From NCBI GenBank assembly GCA_034530875.2, contig JAVRCJ020000003.1, positions 224,001-288,000 of the forward strand: DNA of 64,000 bases, written 5' to 3'. Position 1 is the stretch's first letter. The number at the start of each line of letters is the position of its first letter. Of the stretch, positions 31,607-42,254 are shown one piece after another. The stretch comes from Nostoc sp. DedSLP01 (GTDB lineage: Bacteria > Cyanobacteriota > Cyanobacteriia > Cyanobacteriales > Nostocaceae). A model generated the notes under the pieces. It made no database searches. It was not told the DNA's origin and saw only the letters and a program-made list of their open reading frames with translations. Position numbers and translations under genes: made by a program.

Positions 31607-32644
31607 ATGTCGATTAACTCGCAAACACCCACTCTAGCAGCAGAATCACCCAAGTCTTTGCCAGCAACTGACGCCCAGACTAGAGTCAGCCAGTTTATGA
31701 AACAGCTGCAAGATGAAATTACGCAAGCTTTAACAGAACTGGATGGTGTAGGTCAGTTTAATGAAGATAGTTGGGAACGCCCAGAAGGGGGTGGAGGGCG
31801 ATCGCGCGTACTGCGTGATGGTGCAATATTTGAACAAGGTGGTGTAAATTTCTCTGAAGTTTGGGGTTCCCACTTGCCACCCTCGATTTTAGCTCAACGT
31901 CCGGAAGCCGCAGGTCATGGGTTTTATGCCACGGGTACTTCAATGGTCTTACACCCACGTAACCCTTACGTACCAACAGTGCATTTAAATTATCGCTACT
32001 TTGAAGCTGGCCCAGTGTGGTGGTTTGGCGGTGGTCTAGACTTAACTCCTTATTACCCTTTTGCCGAAGATGCAACACATTTACATAAAACTTTAAAACA
32101 AGCTTGCGACCAACACCACCCAGAGTATTACCCAGTATTTAAGCGCTGGTGTGATGAATATTTCTACCTCAAGCATCGTGGTGAAACAAGAGGCGTCGGC
32201 GGTCTGTTTTTTGATTACCAAGATGGCCGGGCTGCTGGTTTATATCGCGGCCCAGATGCCAATGGGCCAACGGCTATTTATAGCAACAAAGTGGGAGAAA
32301 TAGCGCCACGTAGTTGGGAAGATTTATTTGCCTTTGTGCAAGATTGTGGCAGAGCATTTTTACCAGCCTACGTGCCAATTGTAGAACGGCGACATGGCAT
32401 TGAGTATAGCGATCGCGAACGCAATTTTCAACTCTATCGCCGGGGACGATATGTAGAATTTAACTTAGTTTACGACCGAGGCACTATTTTTGGTCTGCAA
32501 ACCAACGGCCGCACCGAATCAATTCTCATGTCCCTACCACCCTTAGTACGCTGGGAATACGGCTATCAGCCAGAACCCAATACCCCCGAAGCCGAGTTAT
32601 ATGAAACCTTCTTGAAGCCTCAAGATTGGATTAATTGGAAGTAG
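31607..32644 (+). CDS. hemF: Oxygen-dependent coproporphyrinogen III oxidase
   Basis: [37 protein letters not shown]. Confidence 0.97.
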   Translation: MSINSQTPTLAAESPKSLPATDAQTRVSQFMKQLQDEITQALTELDGVGQFNEDSWERPEGGGGRSRVLRDGAIFEQGGVNFSEVWGSHLPPSILAQRPEAAGHGFYATGTSMVLHPRNPYVPTVHLNYRYFEAGPVWWFGGGLDLTPYYPFAEDATHLHKTLKQACDQHHPEYYPVFKRWCDEYFYLKHRGETRGVGGLFFDYQDGRAAGLYRGPDANGPTAIYSNKVGEIAPRSWEDLFAFVQDCGRAFLPAYVPIVERRHGIEYSDRERNFQLYRRGRYVEFNLVYDRGTIFGLQTNGRTESILMSLPPLVRWEYGYQPEPNTPEAELYETFLKPQDWINWK

Positions 32645-32651
32645 TGAAGAG

Positions 32652-32793
32652 ATTGGGAGTAGGGAGTGGGGAGATGGGGAGATAGGGAAGTGTGGGGAGT
32701 GTGGGGACTAGGGAAAGAAATCTTTCCCCTAGTCCCACACCTCCCACACTCCTCACTTGCCCCATTCCCCATTCCCCATTCCCCATTCCCCAT
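32652..32793. repeat. Nonamer-based inverted repeat element plus STRR (CCCCATT)
   Basis: gtgtggggactagggaaagaaatctttcccctagtcccacac core, followed by ccccatt x5. Confidence 0.8.
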
Positions 32794-32959
32794 TTAACAA
32801 TTGCTACTCAGCACAATTTTGGTGAGTTAAACTACTAAAGATAAGCACTTAGGATAAAAAAAGTGACAATTTTAGCTGTAGCTTGTTAATCTCAAGTGGC
32901 AGCACTATAAGGGTTCTGTAGCTAGTTAATTTAAAAGGAATGCCACGGGGAGGGCTTGA

Positions 32960-33328
32960 GTGATTCATATAGAACAAAAAACTTATACAACCCAAGACGG
33001 AAATACCGTTATTGTCTTGACACCAGCAGGTCGCCTAGACATCACCACTGCTTGGCAATTTCGCCTAAAGTTACAAGAGTGTATTTCTAAACTCAGTCGC
33101 CATGTAGTTGTAAATTTGGGTCAGGTTAATTTTATTGATAGTTCTGGTCTGACATCTTTAGTAGCTGGAATGCGTGATGCAGATAAAGTTAAGGGTAGTT
33201 TCCGGATTTGTAACGTACACCCAGAAGCCAAACTCGTGTTTGAAGTGACAATGATGGATACTGTCTTTGAAATCTTTGAAACTGAAGAGGAAGCTTTAGA
33301 AGGGGTACCTCGTAGCATTGCTAGCTAA
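32960..33328 (+). CDS. STAS-domain anti-sigma factor antagonist
   Basis: GRLDITTA, VNFIDSSGLTSLV. Confidence 0.9.
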   Translation: MIHIEQKTYTTQDGNTVIVLTPAGRLDITTAWQFRLKLQECISKLSRHVVVNLGQVNFIDSSGLTSLVAGMRDADKVKGSFRICNVHPEAKLVFEVTMMDTVFEIFETEEEALEGVPRSIAS

Positions 33329-33334
33329 AAGGAA

Positions 33335-33460
33335 TTGGGGACTGGGGACTAGGGACTGGGAGATAGGGGATAAGGGAGATGGGGAGATAGGGGGAGCGGA
33401 GCAGAGGGGAGAATAATAACTCCTAAATCCCCAGTCACCAGTCCCCAGTCCCCAGTCACC
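33335..33460. repeat. Inverted STRR1-type arrays between convergent genes
   Basis: actgggg tandem arm and ccccagt tandem arm. Confidence 0.85.
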
Positions 33461-33462
33461 AC

Positions 33463-34059
33463 TCAATACTGGTTTCGCTTGGTGTAGCGATAAGGCCCCA
33501 TAATTGCTCCCCAAGTTGCTTTGCCAGTTGCAGGGTCAATTCCTTTGTCGTAGCTGTGAAATTCTGTTGCTGTGGCTGCAAAACCCAAGGAGACTTGGAT
33601 GGTATTGCCAAGATAAGTAAAAGTGCAACGAGTTTCTGGTAATGGAGTAGCGGTAAACTTATAGCGATCGCCAGCTAGTGTTTCGGAATTAACTGCGAGG
33701 ATACAACCTGGCAGTAAATCTAATTCATTGGCGCTTAGTGTATTTAGTAGGGCAGAATTATTGCCTGCGCCTGCGAATGCTTCTGGATTTTTAAACATAT
33801 AATATTGCACTTCCAGAGGCGCACCAGAATCGCTTCCCTGACGCAAGCGCATAATTCGCTGGCGGTAAGGTCGATCTAGGTTAAGGATATTGGCCTGTTC
33901 GGCAAACAGGGTGATGCTATCTTCAGCGAACAGACTCACTGGCCTTTGCCACATACGCAGATGGACATACCAAACTGGTTCTTCTATGGCTTGTTCCCGA
34001 TTATCAAATTCACCAGCTAGGTACTCACCCAAAGCAATTAACTGTGGCGAGAAGTTCAT
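33463..34059 (-). CDS. cpcT: CpcT/CpeT family phycobiliprotein lyase
   Basis: LAGEFDNREQA, RPYRQR, YDKGIDPATGKATWGAIMGPY. Confidence 0.85.
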   Translation of the reverse strand: MNFSPQLIALGEYLAGEFDNREQAIEEPVWYVHLRMWQRPVSLFAEDSITLFAEQANILNLDRPYRQRIMRLRQGSDSGAPLEVQYYMFKNPEAFAGAGNNSALLNTLSANELDLLPGCILAVNSETLAGDRYKFTATPLPETRCTFTYLGNTIQVSLGFAATATEFHSYDKGIDPATGKATWGAIMGPYRYTKRNQY

Positions 34060-34252
34060 AAATGCAATCGATGAATGATTAAAAATGATAGTTTTTGAGG
34101 AAAAAAAGTTCTTAGCCCGTGTAACTACCAACTTACAAAGTGTTTTTGATTTACCTTTATTGTAAATTAAACCGTCACCAGCCAAAACCTCAACTTGGCA
34201 AAGTCGCCTTTAAGCGGGAAAATAAAAATACGTCGCCCTTAATATTTTCTTT

Positions 34253-34960
34253 GTGAATAACGTCCGTACTGTCTCTGATACAAAGCGAACTTTCTACAAT
34301 CTCCATACCCGTCCGATCAATACTATTTATCGTCGGGTAGTAGAAGAATTGATGGTGGAAATGCATCTGCTGTCTGTAAATATTGATTTTAGCTACAATC
34401 CAATTTATGCCTTGGGCGTCGTCACTACTTTTGACCGCTTCATGGAAGGCTATCAACCAGAACGGGATAAAGAATCAATTTTTAATGCCTTATGTCAGGC
34501 TATAGAACAAGACGCGCAACGCTATAGGCAAGATGCCGAAAGATTGCGATCTGTAGCTAAAAGTTTGCCTGTTAAAGATTTAATAGCGTGGTTAAGCCAA
34601 ACGACTAATTTAGATCGAGATGGCGATTTGCAAGCACAATTGCAAGCGATCGCCAACAATTCTAACTTTAAATACAACCGTTTGTTTGCAATCGGTATAT
34701 ATACATTATTGGAATTGTCAGATTCTGAATTAGTTAAAGATGAAAAGCAACTCACTGAAGCATTAAAAGCGATCGCTGCTGGCTTACACTTGTCTGATGA
34801 CAAATTTAATAAAGATTTGGAACTATACCGTTCTAACTTAGACAAGATGGCACAAGCGCTAGTAGTGATGGCAGATATGCTCTCAGCCGATCGCAAAAAA
34901 CGCGAACAACGCAAACAACAATCAACTACTCAAGTTGCTCCTCCAACTACTAATGAATAG
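34253..34960 (+). CDS. psb29: Photosystem II biogenesis protein Psb29/Thf1
   Basis: RTVSDTKRTFY...IYRRVVEELMVEMHLL. Confidence 0.95.
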   Translation: MNNVRTVSDTKRTFYNLHTRPINTIYRRVVEELMVEMHLLSVNIDFSYNPIYALGVVTTFDRFMEGYQPERDKESIFNALCQAIEQDAQRYRQDAERLRSVAKSLPVKDLIAWLSQTTNLDRDGDLQAQLQAIANNSNFKYNRLFAIGIYTLLELSDSELVKDEKQLTEALKAIAAGLHLSDDKFNKDLELYRSNLDKMAQALVVMADMLSADRKKREQRKQQSTTQVAPPTTNE

Positions 34961-35043
34961 TTAGAAGTTAAGAGTTAGGAATTAAAAGTTGTCAATAACT
35001 CCTAACTCCTAAGTCTTAACTCTTAACTCTTAACTCTATAACT

Positions 35044-35406
35044 TTATACACCCAATAATTTGTAGATTAAGCTGTTAATTAAAGTCAGGGCAAACGCTCC
35101 CAAAACAGCACTCCACACACCGTAACGCAAACGAAACCCTTCAACTAACCAAGCAGCAATACTAAAACAAACTACAGCAATCATAAATGTGAAAATGCTG
35201 GACAATAAGTCGAAAGTAAGTAAATTTGGTACTGCGAAGACGAGGCTTAAAATCGGTCTGACTATTGCTGTCACGATACCAAGCACTGCTGCTGAAAAGA
35301 TGGCTTTACCCGGAGTGTCAATTTCAACTCCCAAAGGTAATTTGCTAATTATAAACAAGCTGATAGCTGTTACTATCCAAACAATTAAAAGCGTCACAAT
35401 ATTCAT
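35044..35406 (-). CDS. 4-TM 'phage holin family' (YvlD/DUF360) membrane protein
   Basis: Hydrophobic 120-aa protein with GVEI, VRPIL and GF motifs. Confidence 0.8.
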   Translation of the reverse strand: MNIVTLLIVWIVTAISLFIISKLPLGVEIDTPGKAIFSAAVLGIVTAIVRPILSLVFAVPNLLTFDLLSSIFTFMIAVVCFSIAAWLVEGFRLRYGVWSAVLGAFALTLINSLIYKLLGV

Positions 35407-35564
35407 GCCACAACCCCTGAAACGTGATTGGCAATTGGCGATCGACTACTGAGCCTAGCTATAGAAAATCTTTCAAACTCAACCAATTATTTGTAAATTA
35501 ACAGAAAAATTTTCTCTAATCGAAATTTATTCTGGATATCTTTAGGTTTGTGAAAAACGTTCAG

Positions 35565-35682
35565 GGGAGTGGGGAAATGAGAAGTGTGGGGAGTGTGGGG
35601 AGTGTGGGGACTAGGGGGGAAAGATTTCTTCCCCATCTTCCCACACCTCCAACACTCCCCGCTTGCCCAATGCCCAATGCCT
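35565..35682. repeat. Nonamer-based inverted repeat element
   Basis: ggggagtgt tandem, gactagggggg-aaagatttc-ttcccc core, complementary arm. Confidence 0.75.
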
Positions 35683-35686
35683 TATT

Positions 35687-36310
35687 TCACCTTTTTGAAG
35701 GTGCTACAGGTGCTGTGGATGCTGGTGGCTTGGAAATACCAGGTTCGATGGGACTGATGTTTTGGCCGGGTGCGGAGGGAAATCTGGGCGCAAGATTGCC
35801 TTCGGGGTTGATACCTGGGGCTGGCACTTCGCCGGGATTGATTGGGAAAGAAGGCGCCAGAGGCTGGTTGAGTGAGTTTGTTGGTGCTTGAGAAGGCCCT
35901 GGAATAATTCCTAAAGAAACGCGTTCTCCACCTACTTGCCGCAGCAAATCTAATGTCTCAATCACATCATTGTAAGTTGCTGTACGTGAAGCATTCAGTA
36001 TCACAACACCATTGGGATTTGCTTGCAGATACAGTTTTAACCTTTGTGCTAAATCCTCACGTTTTACGGGCTGTTTTTCTATGTAAGTATTGCCTACGGC
36101 ATCGATAGTTACAATCTGACTATTACCTTGTGACGTTATCCCAGATACAGTTTGAGCGCTGGCTTTAGGCAAATCAACATTAATTGCCTGTTGACGCGTA
36201 AATTGCAGTGCTGCTAACAAAAAAAACGTCAGAATACAAAAAACAACATCAATTAAAGGAATGATTTGAACTTGGATTTCTTCAATTGGAGTATGTAGAT
36301 TAACTTTCAT
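35687..36310 (-). CDS. exbD: ExbD/TolR biopolymer transport protein
   Basis: IIPLIDVVFCILTFFL, INVDLPKAS; Pro-rich tail. Confidence 0.9.
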   Translation of the reverse strand: MKVNLHTPIEEIQVQIIPLIDVVFCILTFFLLAALQFTRQQAINVDLPKASAQTVSGITSQGNSQIVTIDAVGNTYIEKQPVKREDLAQRLKLYLQANPNGVVILNASRTATYNDVIETLDLLRQVGGERVSLGIIPGPSQAPTNSLNQPLAPSFPINPGEVPAPGINPEGNLAPRFPSAPGQNISPIEPGISKPPASTAPVAPSKR

Positions 36311-36352
36311 ATCTCACTCTCAAACCTAGTTTGGGGCTGAAATTTTTATCGG

Positions 36353-37075
36353 TCAGGTATTCGGGGGTTGGGGAGGTTCAGAAAACCTATTTTTCCCTTG
36401 CTTGCGAGGTGGAGTAAAACTTTCTGGCGCAATTGGTGATGCCGTATTACTAAAATCAGGGGGGAACTGGCGGTAAAGTAATTCCAACTCATTCCCTGCT
36501 TTGCGAAAAACTTTGACTTGGTTGACTATAAAACCTTGAAATAAGCGGTAAAACGCCAAACTAATAATGGCAACTATTAGCCCCGTTGCGGTACTAATTA
36601 AAGATTCGCCAATACCAGTAGTTACCCCGGCGGTAGATTCGGTTCCTAAATCGCCAATGCGAATTGAGCGCAGAGAATGAATTAAACCCAAAACCGTACC
36701 TAATAATCCCAGCAGCGGTGCTAGGGCTATTACAGCTTCTAAAAGTTTCTCGCCACGTCGCATTCCAGCCAATTCATCTTCCGCTGTGGACTCCAGTGCT
36801 AGGCGAAAGGTTTCCGTATCACTTTTACCTAAGTGTAAGGGCGAATACAGAAAACGTCCCACAGGCTGATGGTTTGCTTGTCTTGCAATATCCGCAGCGG
36901 CTTGCCAATCCTCATGGGCAGCATCTAGGACGCGATCGACTATTTGCTTTTCTTGAGTTAAAATTCGCAACCAGAACCACAAACGCTCGAAAATTACACT
37001 CAAAGACAAAATTGACAGAACCAGCAGAGGCCACATTGCCGGCCCGCCTTTGTAAAACAAATCTAGAATATCCAC
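36353..37075 (-). CDS. exbB: MotA/TolQ/ExbB proton channel protein
   Basis: [27 protein letters not shown]. Confidence 0.9.
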   Translation of the reverse strand: MDILDLFYKGGPAMWPLLVLSILSLSVIFERLWFWLRILTQEKQIVDRVLDAAHEDWQAAADIARQANHQPVGRFLYSPLHLGKSDTETFRLALESTAEDELAGMRRGEKLLEAVIALAPLLGLLGTVLGLIHSLRSIRIGDLGTESTAGVTTGIGESLISTATGLIVAIISLAFYRLFQGFIVNQVKVFRKAGNELELLYRQFPPDFSNTASPIAPESFTPPRKQGKNRFSEPPQPPNT

Positions 37076-37141
37076 TGTTTAAGTTTCCTCCCTCCGTAAC
37101 TAAAGCAACTATCCCCAAGCATTATTAATTTTAGAGATTAA

Positions 37142-37270
37142 TGGGCATAGGGCATAGGGCATCGGAAGATGAGGAGATGGGGAAGTGTGGGAGGTGTGGA
37201 AAGGATAAATTCTCTTTCTTCCCTCACTCACTGCTTGCCCCATGCCCAATGCGCAATGCCCCATACCCCT
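37142..37270. repeat. Nonamer-based inverted repeat element with STRR flanks
   Basis: gaggtgtgga-aggataaattctctttcttccctcact nearly identical to the copy near 24150-24188. Confidence 0.75.
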
Positions 37271-37404
37271 GTCTGTGTTCCTCTGTTTCTTGTCACCAGT
37301 CCCCTTTACATTGGTAGCGTCTCCCAGACTAACTAGGACGGTTATTCCCACCGGGAGTTTAAAAAATAATTTGCCAGAATTAAAAATAACTGGAGGTTCC
37401 AAAT

Positions 37405-37719
37405 ATGAAATTTTCAATTCAATCAGTTTATACGTGGTATCGCGATTTGCTTCGTAACCCTAAATACCGCTGGTGGGTGATTTTAGGAACATTGGTATAT
37501 TTAGCCAGCCCAATAGATTTTCTCCCGGATGTTTTCCCCATTGTGGGGCAAATTGATGATGTTTTCCTTTTAACACTGCTAGTGAGCGAGGTGTCTGGGT
37601 TAGTGATTGAAGGCTGGAAAGCTCGTAAAGGTGATGTAAACACCGAAGCATCAAATACCACTGAGGGTACTACCTCCACTGCAAGTACTATTGATGTTGA
37701 TGCTGTTTCTGTCAAGTAG
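37405..37719 (+). CDS. YkvA/DUF1232 family protein
   Basis: YLASPIDFLPDVFPIVGQIDD. Confidence 0.9.
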   Translation: MKFSIQSVYTWYRDLLRNPKYRWWVILGTLVYLASPIDFLPDVFPIVGQIDDVFLLTLLVSEVSGLVIEGWKARKGDVNTEASNTTEGTTSTASTIDVDAVSVK

Positions 37720-37747
37720 TTTTAACAATAAAATAAAATTCTACAAA

Positions 37748-37776
37748 CCCCTACTTTTGCCGTCTGAAAGTAGGGG
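37748..37776 (+). terminator. Terminator after DUF1232 gene
   Basis: cccctacttt ... aaagtagggg stem, then atattttt. Confidence 0.7.
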
Positions 37777-37784
37777 ATATTTTT

Positions 37785-38060
37785 TAAACGCATAGGCGTT
37801 TCGCCTTGCCGTAGGGTAGGAACGCAGAGGAAAACGCAGAGGTTCGCAAAGTTAAGAGTTAGAGATTGTTGGCTATGTCACTCTCATTCCCCTCAACTTA
37901 TTCTGTGCGATCCTTTGCGCTTAACTCTGCGCGACGGCAGTCGCTACAACGGGGAGCCACTGCGTTGGACGGGTTTCCCGGCTTGTTCGCCCTTGGCGTT
38001 CCCGAAGGGTAGCAAGTGGCGTGGGAACCCCCGCAACGCGCTACTTCCCCTTTGCGTTTA
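37785..38060. mobile_element. Cluster of nested small dispersed repeat (SDR-like) elements
   Basis: aacgcagagg/ctctgcg inverted arms enclosing three nested GC-rich palindromic units (see findings). Confidence 0.7.
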
Positions 38061-41000
38061 AAAATCTTTCACAAATTCCGTTAAGAATCTGAATGCTTTC
38101 AAAATATAACTGGCACAATCTTTAGGTGAGGTGTTGTAAAACGATCGCCACGCACTAGCTTTATCTTCATCATAGCGATCGCCTTTTTCTGGATGGTGTT
38201 CTAACCATGCCAATCGCACTGCATGACCGATTAATACATCTAATACTATATATTCTTCGATTTGCAGTTGGGGATTATTAGCAGCGATCGCTCCTAATTC
38301 GGTTAATGCTTCAATATTAACTTGGCGGTATTCTGGAGCTTCGATTTTATTTAATAAATGCTCGATTAACAAAGCAAAATTTCTTTCTCCCGCTGTCATT
38401 TCTGACAACATTAATTCACTATCTAAGCGATTGCGACGTTCTAATTTATCGCCAATTACTAAGCCTTTACAATGTTGCATTAATAGCCAAACTCGCTGAA
38501 AAAAGTCTTTTGGTATCCGCCCGGTTGCACCTTCAGCTTGGCGAAACCGCCGCCAGTCACCCGGAGGAACTTGGATTTCTTCGGAAATTGCTGGCGACAC
38601 CACCCAATCAATATCACTTTCTTTTTGCTTGACGTGTAATGATTCTTGCTGGCGTAACAGGTTACTCATACCAGCATAGCCAGTTAATACTTGACGCAAG
38701 CGCATTTTCACTTCAAAGGGTGGAAGTTGCATTAAGTAATCGTAAGCTTCATCTTGAGTCACATGTAATTCTTGCGTTAGTTCGCTGGTAATCAATAAGA
38801 TGAGATACCCTACTCTCAGCGTTAGTAGTCCCTTAAATAGTTCTGGTTCGGATTTGATTAAGATTCCTAAATAAATTAAAATTTCTTGGGTAAGGACGCG
38901 ATCGCTTATATCCTCACGACAAAAATGATTAATTTTATCGGCAATTTCATCGTGGGACATCGGTACGGTAATTAAGGACGCCTCACTGTAAGCTTTACCC
39001 ACAGCAATTTGCTTACCTTGCACCAAAATACTCGTCACTGCATCTGATAAGCTGATATCAACCATCTGGCGCAAACCCGCAGCCCGACGTACTACCGCCC
39101 AGATGCCTAAGTCTCCAGCTTTGGTGTAAACTTCATCTAGTAAATCGGCTACTCTAACGGGATATCCCGGCCCGCCATACCCCGTATCAAATTCCATTCC
39201 TTTTAAGCGAGTCAAAGTTTGTAATAACTCAATTTGCTCGTAAAGATTTTCTGATGAGCGCAAATAAGAAAGCAATAATCCTAAGTTGGTTTCACACTCC
39301 ATTTGAAATTCTTGGGTATGCCCTAAGCGCCAGTTTTTCTCAGGATGATAAGCAAGATAATAGCAATGTGGTTTGGTATTTTTGACTGGTGAAAGAGAAA
39401 ATTCTACATCTTCGAGAAAATCAATTCTTTGGATTCCAGCCGTTAACATTAACTGATTTAGCCGCCCTAATTTCACCCGCACGCCGTTACAAATACCATC
39501 TTTAAGTTCTTGCATTAGTTCTAGTAATACTTCAGAACCAATTTCTAACATGGTATGAGTTAACATTAAAGTCAAAGTAGGACGCCCTAAATCGCTCCAA
39601 TATTTTTGAATGTAAGCTAATTCGCTTCTGATTTGATCGAGTAGAAAATGGTAATCTAGGGTTAAGTAAAATTGCTGCGAATCTAGAAATGAAGGTAAAA
39701 ATACAACTGTTTGATTGCGAATGCGAAAAACCCTAGATGTTGTCAAACTTCGCAACCGCCGCACTGGACGACCAGTTAAGCCCAGTTTTTTATTATGTCC
39801 GATGCGAGTATAAATATCTGAAAGTTCGCCAGCTTTTCTGACTTGAATTGGTTCTAATTGTGTAGGTGTTTGGGCTTGAATTCCATGAACTTCTAGTTTT
39901 GCTTGTAAATCTTCATCTTCCGCAAGCAAAGCAATTTGTACCAATGATTCGCGCTGTTTACCAACACACAAATGTCTGCCTAAAGGGTCGAGATCGCCGA
40001 CTGCTATTAAGCCTTCGCTCAACATTTGACCAAGGTAATATAAACTCTGTGCCCACACCAAAGGAATATTTTCATTGGGTAAACGCGGTTGAGTTTGGGG
40101 TGCTAATTTTTCTGCTTCTACGTTTTCGGCTGGAACATAATAAAGTTCTGGCAACAAATTTAAACCATTTTGTTCTATAACTAATTTTTCTAAAAGCTGT
40201 TGGTATTTTTGAACTTGTTCTTGGTTGCCATGAAATAACCCATCTAACACTAAATAAGTGAAAAATAACGGCCATTCGCATTCAATATGCTCAAATTGCT
40301 TGAGTTCCCAAGGTTCGTAGTGCAAGCGTTGATTGTCTTCTAAAACGGTTTGATGTCCGTCGCGTAGGAAGCGTTTGCAACCGTATTTACCTGCGAGTTT
40401 GTTGATAATATCGTTGAAAGTGCGATCGCGCAGTTGTAAATCTTCCACTGCAAAGGCAGGATAACTAATAATACTCAACAGCGCTGCATCGATTTCTTTA
40501 GAACCAGATTCTCTCGGTAATAGCGATTCTAGAGTAATTCGAGCGCGGGCAATTTCATCTGGTAGCACATGAATTACTGATGCTTGACTGCCACCCACGC
40601 CAAATAAATCCAGTCCGTTCATCGCTTCTAAAGCTGCTTTTGCCATACCTACAGAACTGGCATTTAACTCAGCATTACCGCGATTAATTTTATTACCGCG
40701 TTCCCAAATACCATAATCTGGCGTGCGGTAAGCTCGTCCAATGTAGTAAACCAAATTTTGCACGAAATTAACTTCATCAATGGTATAAATTATTTGCAAT
40801 CCTGTAGCAGTCATTTGTGCCAATATCAATAAAAATAAAGATGTGGCATCGAGTTGCAAATGTCCCCATTCGTCATCACCAACAACGATGTCACCAGTGG
40901 AAGTATTGTATTTGGCGTGCAGCCCATCTAATAGCGATTGAGTATGTTTAAATGTCTCTACTTTATGAGCCTGTCGCATCATCGCAAACAGTAACCCCCG

Positions 41001-41264
41001 CATGAGCTTGATGACACTATGTTCTAATTCATAAGTGTGTCCTTTGTGGTCATCAATCTTGCGATATGCCAGCCCCAAACCCCAAACTGCTAAAATGCTG
41101 TAAACATTGTCTCGCACCCAAGCATCAGTATAATCACCGTGGGCTGTAATTGCCGTACTCGCAGGTAACAAACCTGTAATTGGATTTTGACGAGTGAGGA
41201 TGACTGTTTTGATTTGCTGGTAGTAATGCTCTAAGCGAGCTAGCAATTCGGTAGATGTTTTCAT
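38058..41264 (-). CDS. Glycoside hydrolase family 15 / phosphorylase kinase alpha-beta-like protein
   Basis: QNPITGLLPAST, DAWVRDNVYS, WGHLQLDA, PDYGIWERG, GCKRFLRDGHQ. Confidence 0.9.
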   Translation of the reverse strand: MKTSTELLARLEHYYQQIKTVILTRQNPITGLLPASTAITAHGDYTDAWVRDNVYSILAVWGLGLAYRKIDDHKGHTYELEHSVIKLMRGLLFAMMRQAHKVETFKHTQSLLDGLHAKYNTSTGDIVVGDDEWGHLQLDATSLFLLILAQMTATGLQIIYTIDEVNFVQNLVYYIGRAYRTPDYGIWERGNKINRGNAELNASSVGMAKAALEAMNGLDLFGVGGSQASVIHVLPDEIARARITLESLLPRESGSKEIDAALLSIISYPAFAVEDLQLRDRTFNDIINKLAGKYGCKRFLRDGHQTVLEDNQRLHYEPWELKQFEHIECEWPLFFTYLVLDGLFHGNQEQVQKYQQLLEKLVIEQNGLNLLPELYYVPAENVEAEKLAPQTQPRLPNENIPLVWAQSLYYLGQMLSEGLIAVGDLDPLGRHLCVGKQRESLVQIALLAEDEDLQAKLEVHGIQAQTPTQLEPIQVRKAGELSDIYTRIGHNKKLGLTGRPVRRLRSLTTSRVFRIRNQTVVFLPSFLDSQQFYLTLDYHFLLDQIRSELAYIQKYWSDLGRPTLTLMLTHTMLEIGSEVLLELMQELKDGICNGVRVKLGRLNQLMLTAGIQRIDFLEDVEFSLSPVKNTKPHCYYLAYHPEKNWRLGHTQEFQMECETNLGLLLSYLRSSENLYEQIELLQTLTRLKGMEFDTGYGGPGYPVRVADLLDEVYTKAGDLGIWAVVRRAAGLRQMVDISLSDAVTSILVQGKQIAVGKAYSEASLITVPMSHDEIADKINHFCREDISDRVLTQEILIYLGILIKSEPELFKGLLTLRVGYLILLITSELTQELHVTQDEAYDYLMQLPPFEVKMRLRQVLTGYAGMSNLLRQQESLHVKQKESDIDWVVSPAISEEIQVPPGDWRRFRQAEGATGRIPKDFFQRVWLLMQHCKGLVIGDKLERRNRLDSELMLSEMTAGERNFALLIEHLLNKIEAPEYRQVNIEALTELGAIAANNPQLQIEEYIVLDVLIGHAVRLAWLEHHPEKGDRYDEDKASAWRSFYNTSPKDCASYILKAFRFLTEFVKDF

Positions 41265-41633
41265 GATTTGGTTGAGAGCAGCTTGTAAAGTTCGACCCTG
41301 TGACTGTGAGGCGAAAGATCTAAACCTAACCAGAATAAGTTCTGTAATGGCTGATGGGACTACAGCTCAGGGTGGTGTGAGTTTCTTATTATCTCGTGTT
41401 AATAGACCTTTAATTACTGAATTTTAATGAAGTCGAACTCAAAGACAAAATTTGTTCAAATCTTCATCAATACATAGATATATTTATACTTATTCTTTAA
41501 AGTATTTTTGATAACTTCTAAGGAAGGAGTAACAATCCTTCAAAAGAAGCAATACTACCTCACAACACATTCGGTAAATTATAGGTATAAAAACCTTTTA
41601 ACACAAAAAAAGCCTGTATAAAGGAGATAAATT

Positions 41634-41768
41634 ATGTCTCTGCGTTATAACCAAAATCATGCTCAGTTAGTTAAAGTGGTTTATTCTCAAGTAAAAGTTA
41701 ATGGCAAGATTGAGTTAGTACCACTAGAGCTATACGCTGATGGTTCGCTGAAGCGGTCTATTGGCTAA
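41634..41768 (+). CDS. Small unannotated protein (44 aa)
   Basis: AAGGAGA RBS before ATG; MSLRYNQNHAQLVKVVYSQVKVNGKIELVPLELYADGSLKRSIG; downstream terminator. Confidence 0.65.
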   Translation: MSLRYNQNHAQLVKVVYSQVKVNGKIELVPLELYADGSLKRSIG

Positions 41769-41854
41769 GTGAAAGTTAGAAATTAAGCACTAGCAACTGT
41801 CTGTTATCAACTAAAGCAAAATCTACTTTTTTACTTTGTAGGAAATATTTGTAC

Positions 41855-41883
41855 AAGCCTCTCCTAGAAAATGGAGAGGCTTT
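41855..41883 (+). terminator. Terminator after small ORF
   Basis: aagcctctcc ... ggagaggctt stem, then T-rich tail. Confidence 0.7.
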
Positions 41884-42254
41884 GAATTTTCTGGTACAGA
41901 ACTTTTTGCAATACACCATCGCTCGTCTAAACGTACAGTTGTTATACGCCTCTATTTATTTATCTAAAATTTATGTGAATTCAACAATTCAAAATATTTT
42001 AAATAATGAAGTTTCTCAGTAAATACGCAGTAAATAGATTGATTAACTTGACACAAATAGTAAGAGTAGTAAAATCTACTTTAAGTTACGCGAAAATTAC
42101 CTGAGAATCAAGGCTTTTAAGTCAATCGGTAGTGAAGAATGTCACAAATTCTCGATACTATTACGCAGTATCTACCCTAATATGGCAATTCCGGGTTAGG
42201 ATGATCGCTAGCGATGCCCTGATTGGATATCGATATTGAATTTTTGAGATTTTA

